A stretch of 64,000 nt of DNA, taken from the NCBI GenBank assembly GCA_973895155.1, contig OZ316897.1, forward strand, positions 1,638,515 through 1,702,514, written 5' to 3'. A model generated the notes under the pieces. The model did not search any database. It saw only the letters and a list, made by a program, of their open reading frames with translations, and was not told the origin of the DNA. Below are positions 50,606-63,359 of the stretch, piece after piece; position 1 is the first letter of the stretch; each line of letters starts with the position of its first letter. The position numbers and the translations under genes are program-made. This DNA comes from Marsupella aquatica (lineage: Eukaryota; Plantae; Marchantiophyta).

Positions 50606-51149
50606 ATTCAAGTAAAGTAAACTTATAGAAAAACAACAATACAAATTAGAGTTTCCAGTTGAAAAGACGCTATTTGTTGTAAAGTGGGAAAAGGGTATTG
50701 AGTTGAGAACTAAATTATGAAACTGCTATATGGCGAATCCAGCTTCATTACCTAGGGTAAGTACACACAAGTACCTCTACTGGTGTTCATGATTACTTTT
50801 CGTTTCATCTGTTATTTTACTCTTGTACCTTATGTGCAAATTGTTGAATCTCACTCTTCCTAATGAATAACCTGTTTATATTTGCCACCAAAAAATTAGC
50901 AAAGTGGAAAAAGGCTATTGAGCTGATAAAAAATATTAATATTTTTTTGAATCTCTCTATGAAGTATTTGTTACTACATCCTAAGTTCTTTTTTGCAATA
51001 ACCCTATAATCGACCAATGACACAATCACTGGCCCCAAGCATAAAATGGCCACAACAATGACATATTTTTTCACATCCACATCTATTGTGCAAAGCCACT
51101 CCTAATGAATAACCTGGATAATGTGTTTTCCTTACGGAGGCTGGCTTGG

Positions 51150-51510
51150 AGTAAGAGGAGACAGCCTCTTTGGATTCAACATAAAAGGCGGTGCTCAGGA
51201 TGAGGCCGGCCTGGACGACCCTGCTCGGAGGCCGTCGGGGACGTCACCTGGTTGCCGTCCATACCGTGATTTCCAGGACTTCAAACTACACATGGCATAA
51301 TCCAATCAAAGCCACTCCACATCCTGGATAATGTGTTTGACTCACCTCTTCCACATCGGGGAGTAAGACGAGACAGCCTCTTTGGATTCAACATAAGAGG
51401 CGGTCCTCAGGATGCGGTCGGCCTAGACGACCCTGCTCAGAGGCCATCGGGGACGTCACCTGGTTGCCGTCCATACCGTGATTTCCAGGACTTCAAACTA
51501 CACATGGCAC
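51150..51510. repeat. ~211-bp tandem duplication
   Basis: GAGTAAGA.GAGACAGCCTCTTTGGATTCAAC at ~51149 and 51361. Confidence 0.9.
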
Positions 51511-53019
51511 AGTTACCTTTCAAAAGAATCATAGTGAGAACTTATATTTTCATTTACTCTTTGTAACTAATCATAGTGAGACTTTATTTATGTGCGGCTG
51601 ATGCGACAATGCTTAGTATAAATGAAGGGGATGAATATAAAAGGGAAGGGGACAATTTGTTTTTTAGAAATCTTTGTTTAGAATGACATCTATTTTTTCC
51701 TTACCCTAGGGAGACTAACATACGCTCATTCAGAGATTGTCGTATGCCAATAGAGTTTCTGATCGTTCTTTCTGAATATGGGATTAATGTCATCAATCAT
51801 GTTTCTTGAATGGAGAGTCTTTCACAATGTATTTATGCAACTTGTGTCCAAGGCAAGAGCAATGCTATCCACTGAAATACACAAATAACAACACAGCAAG
51901 AAACCATGAGCTCTGAGCAAAGCAAAACATGCATTCGCAGTGTTCAACATTCTTCGGAGGGGAACATCAGCTGGTCACTACTTTTTACAGCCTGAAAAGG
52001 TCCGAGGCAACTACTGGACAGATGGCCCGACCCCCATGAGCTCTGAAAATACCCCCAATACCGGCCCGCAAATGGAGCGACCAGTGGGGATGCTCTAAGA
52101 AAACATTCCCTCGACACCCCAAATAGCTACAGTACTATGGAGCCAGCTAGCTGACGGGAACGACCGGATATAGATTGTCCACTTCTGAAGGATGAGGTTT
52201 AGGGACTATGAAGCGTGGCCTGCAAGGAGAGGGCACAGTCCTCAATCCGATATGCCCATGGGGCGCACTTTTACTGGGCGATACCAAACTCAGTGGCCAA
52301 CGTATTTTGTTCCCCACCCACAGGTTCTTGTAGAGGCACCCCTGCCTTGACAGAGCTGGATCCCAATTGGGTCCTCCGGTCTGCACAGTTGATGGAAGTT
52401 CGAGAAATTTGACATAAACAAACCCTTCTCCTAATAGCATATTTCCCTTCCTTCTAGAACTGATTTCCATGTGAGGGTCAATAGACAAACCCTCAACCCT
52501 CCCAAATAACCGACTTTTGTCAGTGGGGTCAGTTCGGCGTTCCATGGAGAACAGGGCGCAAGAGCAGCCCACCATGAATTCCACGATTTTTCCGTTGCTC
52601 TGCCATGCGTCCCACGTTGTGTCTACATGAAATGTGAATTCTCTTTAGTCAACAATGCGCGTCATCACATGAATCCATGCCGTGATAACCACCATTTTAA
52701 CACTGAAATCAAAGAATGCACTATGAAAGTTGTACTTCAGTCAGTTATTCAGTTGGGCTTACATGTCGGGGTTCTGCCGAATCTGCTTCGAAAGCTTGGT
52801 GCCTCCAACCAGCTGTTATGCGCCGCCTGCAAATCCCAAGCACCAGGAATACGCTCATCTGCCCATGGAAACAACACAGAGTAAGGACTTTGCTATCGGC
52901 AATTCATGTAATGGAAAACAAGACCAATGAGATGAGAATGTTAGGCCATACAGACCAAGCCATGCTTTCAGACCCAGGTTTCCATCTCGGGAAAGCCTGC
53001 CGTGCGCCTTCATTTGCGT

Positions 53020-53736
53020 GTTGACATACTGATCCTCGACGCGGTTTTTAAAAACACTTAGAAACTCCGGTATGGATTGAACCACCCCATCATCCAGGTA
53101 TCGCTTGAGACTGCTCAACCTTGGAGCCACCCAACCCAAGAGAAACCTGTTTACAAGTGGGTCTCCGTAATCGGGAGTAGCAGCACCTTTTCTTGGCCAC
53201 TCTGGGAGGTGTATATTATTACCCGGACTACTGCGCATAAATTTCACTGGGCTGTCGTCAACAATAACAGTGTAGCAATATCCAAATTCGGGCTATTTTG
53301 CTGCGATGAGGGCTGTGGGTTTCAGTATGATCGGCTGAGACGACCCCGGATAGTAGTAGCCCGAGGAGTAAACATTGTCTTGGCAGAGAATGAACCTGAA
53401 TAGGTTTACTGTCACATGACCAAAAACCCCCTTCAATAACGGCATCACATTGTGTGATGCAGCACACGACCAAATCCCAACCGTAAAATGCTCCAGCAAC
53501 CAATGCACAAATCGAAGACAACCTGGCCGCAGTCTACATTGTCCTTGACTACACATGATAAAACCATCTTCTTGCGTGCCGTTGCGTCGCCTTTCCCATA
53601 GCGTGCCAGAAAGGTCCAGCACCACTAGTACGCCTGCATCCGGATTGGCTATGGTTACACTCAGGACGCCTCGGGACGGGCATAGGTTGTGTTCATAGAA
53701 AGCCAACAGCATACTATGATACCTATTGAAGAGCAT
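53020..53736 (-). pseudogene. FCP1/NIF-family HAD phosphatase pseudogene
   Basis: LVVLDLSGTL, RPGCLRFVHWLLEHFTVGIWSCA, FILCQD, then stop/frameshift and PGNNIHLPEW. Confidence 0.75.
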
Positions 53737-53759
53737 CCCTCATATCATTAAACGAGGGT

Positions 53760-55110
53760 CCGTTGTCTGCGTCTGGACCATTCACCATATCACTGGACCA
53801 CAGCGCCAATTGAACTTGTCAAAGACAAAATGACGCCCAAATTTCTCCGTTGCCTATGTACCGGGCTGCGTTGAAGGCGACGGGGGGCCGTTGTCCATGT
53901 CTGGACCAGAATCGCCACTCGGTCCAAGTGGGGGTTCTGCCCATAGAGTCCAGCATCATACCGTGATAATCAATGGAGTCCATTCTGCATATCATTGGAA
54001 CACAACGCCAATTGAACTCGTCAAAGACAAAACGACGCCCAAATTTCTCCGTTGCCTACGTACCCGGCTGCGTTGAAGGCGACAAGGGGCCGTTGTCCGC
54101 ATTTGGACCAGGATCGCCACTCGGTCCGCGTGGGGGTTTTGCCCACAGAGTCCAACATCATACCGTGATAATCAATGGAGTCCATTCTGCATATCACTGG
54201 ACCACAGCGCCAATTGAACTCATCAAAGACAAAATGACACCCAAATTTCTCCGTTGCCTACGTACCCGGCTATGTTGAAGGCGACGGGGGACCGTTGTCC
54301 GCGTCTGGACCAGGATTGCCACTCGGAGCGCGCGGGGGTTCTGCCCACAGAATCCAGTATCATACCTGATAATCAATCGAGTCCATTCACCATATCAATG
54401 GACCACCGTGCAAAATGAACTCGTCATAGACAAAATGACGCCCGAATTGCTCCTTGCCTATGTACCGGGCTGCGTTGAAGGCGACGGGGGGCCGTTGTCC
54501 GCGTCTGGACCAGGATCGCCACTCAGTCCGCGCGGGGGTTTTGCCCACAAAGTTCAACATCATACCGTGATAATCAATGGAGTCCATTCTGCATATCACC
54601 GGACCACAACGCCAATTGAACTCGTCAAAGACAAAACGACACCCAAATTGCTCCTTGCCTACGTACCGGGCTGCGTTGAAGGCAACGGGGGGCCGTTGTC
54701 CGCGTCTGGACCAGGATCGCCACTTGGACTGCACGGGGGTTCTGCCCACAAAATCCAGTATCATACCGTGATAATCAATCGAGTCCATTCACCATATCAA
54801 TGGACCACCGTGCAAAATGAACTCGTCATAGACAAAATAACGCCCAAATTCCTCCTTGCCTACATACCCGGCTGCGTCGAAGGCAACGGGGGGACCGTTG
54901 TCCGCGTCTGGACCAGGATCGCCACTCGGAGCGCGCGGGGGTTCTGCCCATAGAATCCAGTATCATACCGTGATAATCAATCGAGTCCATTCACCATATC
55001 AATGGACCACCGTGCAAAATGTACTTGTCATAGACAAAATGATGCCCAAATTGCTCCTTGCCTACGTACCGGGCTGCGTTGAGGGCGACGAGGGGCTGTT
55101 CTTTGTTGGT
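53760..55110 (-). repeat. ~201-bp tandem repeat (6-7 copies), each unit resembling a 75-nt exon plus intron
   Basis: GTTGTCCGCGTCTGGACCA-type anchor at ~53762, 53890, 54092, 54294, 54494, 54695 and 54897. Confidence 0.9.
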
Positions 55111-56821
55111 GTTCCCGGATCGTCTGTTGTCGCATTCGGATTGGTTGGACCAGGATGAACTACCGCCATACTCAGAGCGACCAAGGTTTCTGTGAACCAC
55201 ACCCAAATGCATACCGTGATAAGAAGATACACCCTAGACGGTATCATTAATAGGATTTGGCCATTTAGGAATATTTATGAATGGAACGGAACTAAACTAT
55301 CCTTATGCGTGAATGTCATACCTGAAGCAAGTTCATGAGGGGAAGATGCCTCAGTCCCTATAATTGGGTTAGTTTTTGTTGCACGACGATGCTTCCGAGG
55401 TGTGCCAGAGTCAACCTCGGATTGCTTTTTCTTTGAGGATCTCGCCCAGCTTTGGATTTCACTAGTGCGCAAGCCTTTGGACCCTGGGTCTGTAACGTGC
55501 CCGGGTTGCTTCATACGCAAACTCCGACCCTTTACAACTTTCGGACGTGCGACTGTCTTTACCAATTCGTTTCGGACACTACTTCTTTTAACAACAATGA
55601 GGGAGGTTGTCCCCTCACAAGGGGTTATGAGTTCATTGTTATCTACAGGAAGGCTTCTGTTCCTTCTAGTCCGCTGTGCAACTTCAGGTTCGGCGGCCAC
55701 TGACCCACGTCTGGATGCTTTGTCTGTGCCAATGATGAATGATGGCGTTTTTGTTGTACCCAATATGTTCTTTCTCTTTCTTGACTCCGTTTTGGTGATG
55801 CTCACCTGAACCGCTGGTTCACTGCTCACTTGGACGCCCTTCCTCTTCTTCCCTCCACCCACGGCCACACCTAATGTGAATACAAATAATTAGCACCCTG
55901 GTTCAAAATCATATAACTACGGTAGGACCGATAGAGCTTCATAATACAAATAGTGTGAATGTTTAGTACCTCTTATTGGGCAAGAAATTGGAAGCTTGTT
56001 AGCCCTGACTTCAACTCCCGTTGCATCCACTCGGATATGCACTGAGTCGTCTACTTCAATATACACGATCACTCCAAAGTCTGGGTTATTGGGGCAAAAC
56101 TTGTGTACAGATAGCCAGAGAAAGGGAAAACAAAAGATCCTGGGTGGTATCCTCGTGTACCATCCTTATGCATAACCGAACCAAGCAAGAGGTGGAACTA
56201 TCACTACCAGGCCTAACAAGATGCCAGTCCCTACACCTTTACATCTTCTCGTCCCTAAAGTTTTGTAATTTCTGTTCAAACCAGATGCCACACGGCTGGG
56301 TTAATTATAGAAGTGATGTAGTAAGTTGAACTACATCAGAACATGATGTGAAGCTCGAGTATCCGGTTTTTGAACAAAACTGCGCATACATCTTTGTCGC
56401 TGGTATGCAATCTCTCTGCTCTAGCGAATTCACCGATGCAGGTTTCACAATACTTCAACGTACCTTTGCCAACCAACGTTTGAAGCGTTTCCTTAACATA
56501 TGTCTAGAATCCATGTTCCCACTGGAGGGATCCAAGGTTCCCCACTGGCTCGATGTGGAGCACTTTGTCCTGCGCACCACATTCATCTGTCTCTGGAAGG
56601 CCTTCAGCCCATTCAGTGAGTTCTGCCGGCCTCAAGTGCAGGTTTTCCAACACGAACGCCCGAACCTCCTGAAGGATTCCACTGCGTTAACGGATGGTTT
56701 GAACTCATAGTCCAGCTCCGACTAATCGATTTCCGAATCATAGAACCTACCCTGCTCAACCAAACAACACTCTTCGATCATGACCAACGTACTTGTCATT
56801 TACCGAGGCTATCCAAAATCT

Positions 56822-57139
56822 GCAGGGTATCTGGGTACTTCTTCAACGGAGACAAATATATCGGTTTCTGGGAAGCATTGCTTCGGCTTCCGGACAAGGT
56901 CTTCAATATCCTGGGTATGATCGACTTGCAACGACATCACTTTGACCACACCCCTGCTCAGGTTTGGACTATCATCAACAGCGAGTCCAACACTACCCGT
57001 TTGACAAGGTCGTCTGCACTTGCTTCGGAGAACTTCTACCAGCACCTGCAGAGCTTCATGGGAACTAGACCCGCAACTGCCGGCGCTGGCCCAGTCGACC
57101 CCATACCCGTACCCGCACCAACGCAGACTCAGACTCAGA

Positions 57140-57174
<35 letters not shown>

Positions 57175-60100
57175 CTTCAGTCTCAGTCTCAGTCTCAGCC
57201 TCAGCCTAGCCAACCCTCACCGCCAATTGCCCCGCCAGCAATACAAGTACGCTCCGTCATCAACGTTGTGGACCTTAGCCACGACGACGAGGCTACCCCA
57301 CCCTTGCTCAGGCGGCCCAGAGGAGCAAACACTCAGGGGGCCGACACTACATCGTCCCCTCCCCATGCTCGGACCCAAGGAGCGGCTCCAGCAGACAACA
57401 CGGTGACCGTGGCCGCCCCGGGCCCAATACTAACGGCGGTAGCACTACCTATGCCCGATAGAGAGGATGGGGAGGTGTCACCCTCCCCGAGCCAGTCACA
57501 GGGGAAGAAGAGGAAGGAACCCGCCACTACATCCGGGTTACCATTGGCCACGGTAGCCGTGGCCAAGGTGACAATGCACCGCATGGGGGAAAACGTGCAT
57601 AAGAACATCCTCCATCCCAAGCATGCGGTGTACCTGAAGACTCAGGGATTTGAGCACCTCGCCTCTCTCCCCTGGAACACTTGCAGGTACTACGGGGAGG
57701 ACATGACGGAATTTGTCAAGAATTATGATGACGCACGTCAACATACTCGGCTGCGGGGAAGGAATATGTCCCTCGCGGAAGAACGGCTCAAGATGATCTT
57801 CGGATTACCCGAAGGTGACCATCAAGTTGAATCACGGGCTCCCGGGGGCAAGGGAGCCAAGTACCAATCCTCGAGTTTTCCCTCAGAGGGAGCAATGGAC
57901 AACGGGTTTGTGATGAGGACCTGCCTCATCCCCGAGATAGCTGAGTGACTGGAGTTCCAAAGGTACGCCCTCCACATGATGGAACCCCGGGGGGAGATCT
58001 CCGCCGCCCAGGTTATCCAGGTCGAGAACTATCGACCTAGGAAGTGGGCGTCGTACTTCGCTAAGAAATGCCATGAAGAGATGGAGTTGCGAAGGAAGAC
58101 GTTGTACATTGGCGGGAAGGCGTATTTTGCTAGCCACATGGAGATCATTCTTGAGTGGTATGCTCGGTTTAATCGACGAACCCTTCCCCGTGTCAACGTT
58201 ACAAAGCTGGTCCCAGCTAGGTGGGTTTTCCCGGCCTTGGAGAGACGGCCCCAACCCGAGGCCCGAAGTCCAGCGGACACGCAAGCTTCACCCACCCCAC
58301 CTCCACAAGTAGTTGTAGTCGTAACCGAGGAGGTACCGGATGGGTCGGTTATTGCAACCATAGATGCGATCCAACAGGCTGGGCTAAGTACAGAAGTTGG
58401 TACAGCGGAGGCCTTACTCGAGCCCGGGTCTCCCAAAGACCCACCGGTGGCTATTCCGGAGAACCGGACATTGCTGCGGGAGGACCCTCCAGCCCCTTCC
58501 AACATTACGTCCCCAGGGCTGGATGTCACTGCCCCGGCCCCCGCGCGTGTTGATGTCTGCCCGTGCCCAACTCCGGACAGGCACAACCTGGACCACCCGG
58601 AACTCTTCATACCGGGTACATTTCTGAACGGGCTTTTGGGAGATTTCTCTCATCAAATTTCCCGGGATACGGGGAGTTCATGGCCCGAAAGGTAGCCTGT
58701 TTCTTCAATCAAGAGTTAGTTGCCGTAGTAAAGGCAGGTCGGGCCCAGTCAGAGGCCCTTCAAAGGATAGAGCGGTACCGGGTGGTGTCCGTATACTTAA
58801 AGAACGAAGTTGCAGCTCAAGAGGCTGAGCTTCTGCAACTACGATCCAAAGTTGCAGCCGCCGATGAGTTGTTAGCAAAGGCGCACACCCTTACCGCCCT
58901 AGCCGAGCAGGCCAAAGCTGGGAATGAGGCCGAGATTGCACGACTCCAGAACCAGATTGACAGTTTGAAGAATCAAACTGTCATCTGGCAGAAAGACCTG
59001 GAGGAGGCCGAAGAACGGGCCCAGCGGGACACTGCGGAGATAGCCACGCTACAGGCCGAAGTGGCACGGCTCCAAACCGAAGCCGAGAAGCAGGACCAGC
59101 TGGCGGGCAAGCTGACGAGCGACGCCCAACAGCTGGAGGAGGCATGCCAGGAGGCAGCGGAGGAGACAGATGCGGCGAAGCGAGAGAACGAATCTCTGCT
59201 GGACCAGGTCCAGCTCCTCAAGGCAGACAACGACAGACTTCGTAAGCAGCGGGATGGCCACTCCCATTCGGGCGGCTCTAGCAAGCGTGCCAGGCATTAG
59301 CGACGGAGTAGGAATAGAATAGGGTTAGGAATAGCTAAGTCAGGCTATTGGGACAGGCACCTGCCTTAGTTACAGCAGCACTGCCATGCTGTCCAGCCTG
59401 TGTAGATTAGGATCTTCTGATAAGACACAACCGGTTTTCAGCCTGATAGTCAGATTAGTTAGGACCTAAGTCAGTGAATCTTTGGGCGGGAGGACACTCC
59501 GTTCCTCGGCCCTTAGTATTTAGTGCACCCCTTGGTAGAGGCAGAGGGGGGGTTTTTAGTCTCAGAGTTGGACATCCGTGGTATGTGCGGGGAGTCCCGA
59601 CCTCTAGGGTGAAAGAGTACCAAGGGGAGGGGTAGGACTAAGCTCGTTGGGCGAGTGCAGAGCCGGGCTCCATTGTAGTGTACTCCCTCGGCCTTGAACC
59701 TGTTCATTCCGGAGCTGTCGGGTCAACCAAGTGTACGCATATGTCCCCTATGTAGTAAAATCCTTTCCCATTATTTCCTTCGTGTAAATCAAGATTGTAT
59801 GCTTGTGCGCGTGTATGTGTGTGTGAATCTCATGTATAGGTGACAACGCCAGGCCGAACGCACTACCTGAGTCGTGCACGGGGTGCAGCTTGCGGGTATG
59901 TGGTTGCGAGCATAGGTTGAGGACCTGTATCATTGAATCCGGATCGAAGGCGAACAACACGAAGGCTTAGAAGTCCTTAAGCCGGGGTCGATCCTGTTAT
60001 CGACTAAGGTACGTTCCGGCGGCGGAACACAAACCATACCTAGGAGATGTCCGTATCTAACAGTAGGCGCACTTAGCGCTAGTTTATGTGAATTAGGTGC

Positions 60101-60198
60101 ATTACATTCTTCCCTCCCTGCCAGAACCCTCATATTTACGAAGGATGTGCCCGTTTAAAGCTGAAGCACGAGTTAAGGCCAAGGCTGATGACGTGACA
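56822..60198 (+). mobile_element. Second, 5'-truncated copy of the 35549-39562 element
   Basis: Collinear from GGTATCTGGGTAC (36228 vs 56826) to the CGTGACA end; ORF has TGA at 57946 and a 1-bp deletion near 58670. Confidence 0.92.
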
Positions 60199-62340
60199 TG
60201 TATGCCTACGTCATTGTGGAGGGTGTCACACAACTCATCGACCCTTTTTTTGTCAAGATTCCGTTTCCTTGGGAAAATAATGGACTTAAGGATGGCGTGG
60301 TATGACTCAAGCGAGTTGTTTGTATCCTGATTATTCCTCGCCACTGCTCTCCTCTCGTCTCGTATCCACATGTCTGCGCCAATCCCACAAAGTAAATAAT
60401 GAAATGAACGTCTGCAATTGTCGGGGAAAGGACACAACTGGGAAAAATATTATCTTACAGTCACTATAAAAACAATTTGCATCTTTGCATAGTGCAAGAG
60501 AGAGAAAACGGTGGAATGGTACTTACGTAGGCACCCCATCCACTCGCCTTGAAAGTATTGGAGGAATTTTTTCTCTGTCCAGAATGTCTGGAAGAAGGTA
60601 GTTAGCTTTCTCTGAGCTGACCGTTCCACACATTCCAGTTCATGTAGGGTTGGGTCGACATGCAATGTGCTGCCAAATATTATATCCTCCAACGCAACAT
60701 TCATTTGTGCACGTCGGTCATGAGACTGGACGAGCTCAAGCAATTTGGTCGTCCATGCCTTGCGGACATGGTATATACACAAGAATATGGGAATGTCGGG
60801 AAAAACAGTTTTGATAGCTGCTCTTTCGTTATCAGCACAATCAACCATGAAGCAGGAGGGTTTCCAACCGGGGCAGGCAAGTTTGGCTGCTGTCTTCACA
60901 ACATGTAGAAACTTCACAATATCCTCTATTTCCTCCTTTTCAAGGATGGCATACGCAATGGGAAGCCCATTCTCGTATTCGTCAAACACCATAATGGTGT
61001 ACAGCGGATACTGCTTACAAGAAAACGGTGAAAGGACATTAGAACGGGAGGATCGCGGAGCATCGGAGCTGTGATTGCGGTGCTGTGATTGGCGCCCCGC
61101 GTCTGAAGCAAAGATTACATTCGTGACATTCCAGCAAAAAAATTCACCATGAAAGGCCAAAAAAGCATAACGTTAGGGGTGAAATTGAGGATATGAACCT
61201 TGTACTTGTGAGTTCCGAATGTCCCATCAATTCCCAGACATCGACCATTCCCGTACTTCACTAGCCAGTCCAACTGGAAACTTCTCTGTAATACTATTCG
61301 AAGGGGCTCCATTTGAGAGGGTTTTGGCTGATCGTATAAGAGAATACTCTCCGGGGTGGCTTGAATCCATAAATGTGTACTTGTAACATCGTTGAGGTGC
61401 CTGCAAAAAGTCTCCCTGTCTAGTCCCTTCTTCACGTTTCCAATGTCATCCATAGTGATGTAATGGTCCCTTCAATCTGAGTGTTGATTTTCCAGCGTTG
61501 CATTCGAAGCGTGGAAAAGGGCCTTCGCAGCACGGTGCAGAATCTGCGTCGAAGTGGATCCTCTGTGCAATTTGCATTCAATCCATCCCCTAACAGAAGT
61601 ATCAGGAGATATGAACGCGTTAGGAGAAGAGTCATCTACATACCCTGATATTGTAGTACTAAAGTGTGCTTATTGGAGTATGTTGGTGCAAACCCGATAG
61701 ATAGGAACCTGCAGCGGAAAGGGCCACCACTATCGCCTACGCATACGATGATATTTACAAGTATTTTCTGTGATATCCGCGTGAGTTTGATGGACCCCAT
61801 GGTAGTTCAAATGAAAGGACGGTAGGAGGCATTTACTTGGCTTCGGACGAAAGGCTATGGGCAAATTCCGACGGAAGACCTCTGCATCGTGGATCATCGC
61901 TACCATGGCAAGGCAAACCTTCCTTGTCTACGTGGTCTTTGGATTTGTATCTGAGTTCAGTGATGCTTTTGTCGTGGATAGCCTCCAACTCATATGCCTG
62001 AAATCTGCATTGGCACCCTTTGTGGTAATGGTCATGGTCAGCAGACAGTTTGCTTCCTTTCCCTGTCTTGGGCTTGTCTTTGGGATCAGCAATACTTTTG
62101 TTATTACGCAATGGCGCCTTCCTGTGGTCAGGAGTCCCAAACTCACAGTAATACTCAATTTTACGGACCCACCTGTGTGGTCCTCCAACATCTCATTTTT
62201 TCTTGGAGTCACGGGTGATAAAGCATGTCATTGCACGCGGGCATCGACTACCCTCACCCTTCACAAAGTCTAGTAACCTATCAGATGGAATATAAGCTTG
62301 GTCCTTAATTTGAGTCCCAATTGAGATCATTGGCATTGAA
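60199..62340 (-). pseudogene. Mutator (MULE) transposase, spliced, cut by the solo-LTR-like copy
   Basis: KGCQCRF..H..CHG, LGIDGTFGT, GLPIAY, FMVDCA..ERAAIKTVFP..LCIYHVRKAW, TNNSLESYH..LK. Confidence 0.85.
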
Positions 62341-63359
62341 AGGACCCTGCCTCCCAATCCTCTACAGCAATGACAACTGTGGAGCGACAACCCTTTGTCT
62401 CTTTCCAGCCGCAGGTGTATTGGTGGGCAAAAAAAAACTGCATTGAGACATTCTAGTCTATACTTTAGATGCAAAGTCTCACCAGATTCCGCCTCACCAA
62501 TATTTGAAAATGCAATGTACAAAACTTTGAAACACAAAAAGGGGTTTTACCTTCTTGTACGTTATCCATTGCACACAAGATAGGAGCCCACCAGCGCACC
62601 CTACAGCATGGCGATGGGCATGGACAATTCGGACTGCGATATTTGTAAGTTTGAAAATTTTGTCACCGTATGACATCTTCGGAGGCAGGAATGCAAATGG
62701 CGGAGGATGGCGACATTGCACTCATTGATGTTAGACCATCGGCGTTCGGAATTCGACAGATAATCGACATTTAACAAACCATCCGCATTCCACTGATGAG
62801 AAGCATTCGGTTCTTCACAAGTCTTCCAGTAGTCGACTCCATTGTACATCTTGTTTGAGCTTGAAATCCTGTGTCAGCTCGAAATGGAAGAATCCGTAGC
62901 GGAATGTAGCCATGACGCCTAGTTCACGTGAATTCAAAATCGATAAAACTTGATGCCAAGGAAGAAATTTGAGTCCACATGGAGGAATCGAGCTCTGGAA
63001 TGAACACAAGATTTAGAGAGACTGTATCCATCCCGCGCAAATTCACAAATGGCGGCAACATTGAAAGCGGTGTACGAGCAATTTCCGCGCTCTTCGAGTT
63101 CATCAGTCGTTGATTGTTGAATATTTGAAACGTAACATTGTGGTATGTTCTAAACATCCACAATATGGGCAGAACATACATGATATGGGCAGAACATCCA
63201 TGTAGCGGTTTAATTTCATTTGGGACGGAAAGGCTGAGACGGAGAATGGCGGACGGAGAATAGCGGACGGAGTATGATGCACCTGCCCTGGCTGCCCTGC
63301 CCGGCTCTGGCTGCCATGCCCTACTTGCCCTGCCCAGCCCTTGCTGCCCTGCCCTGGCT

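Noticed and set aside
53891-55158. Plus-strand repeat ORFs
   Set aside because: Frame-unstable; splice signals and the adjacent domain point to the minus strand
35549-60198. The two copies as paired LTRs of one 24.6-kb retroelement
   Set aside because: Copy 1 has its own TSD on both sides and sits inside gag; copy 2 interrupts a MULE transposase
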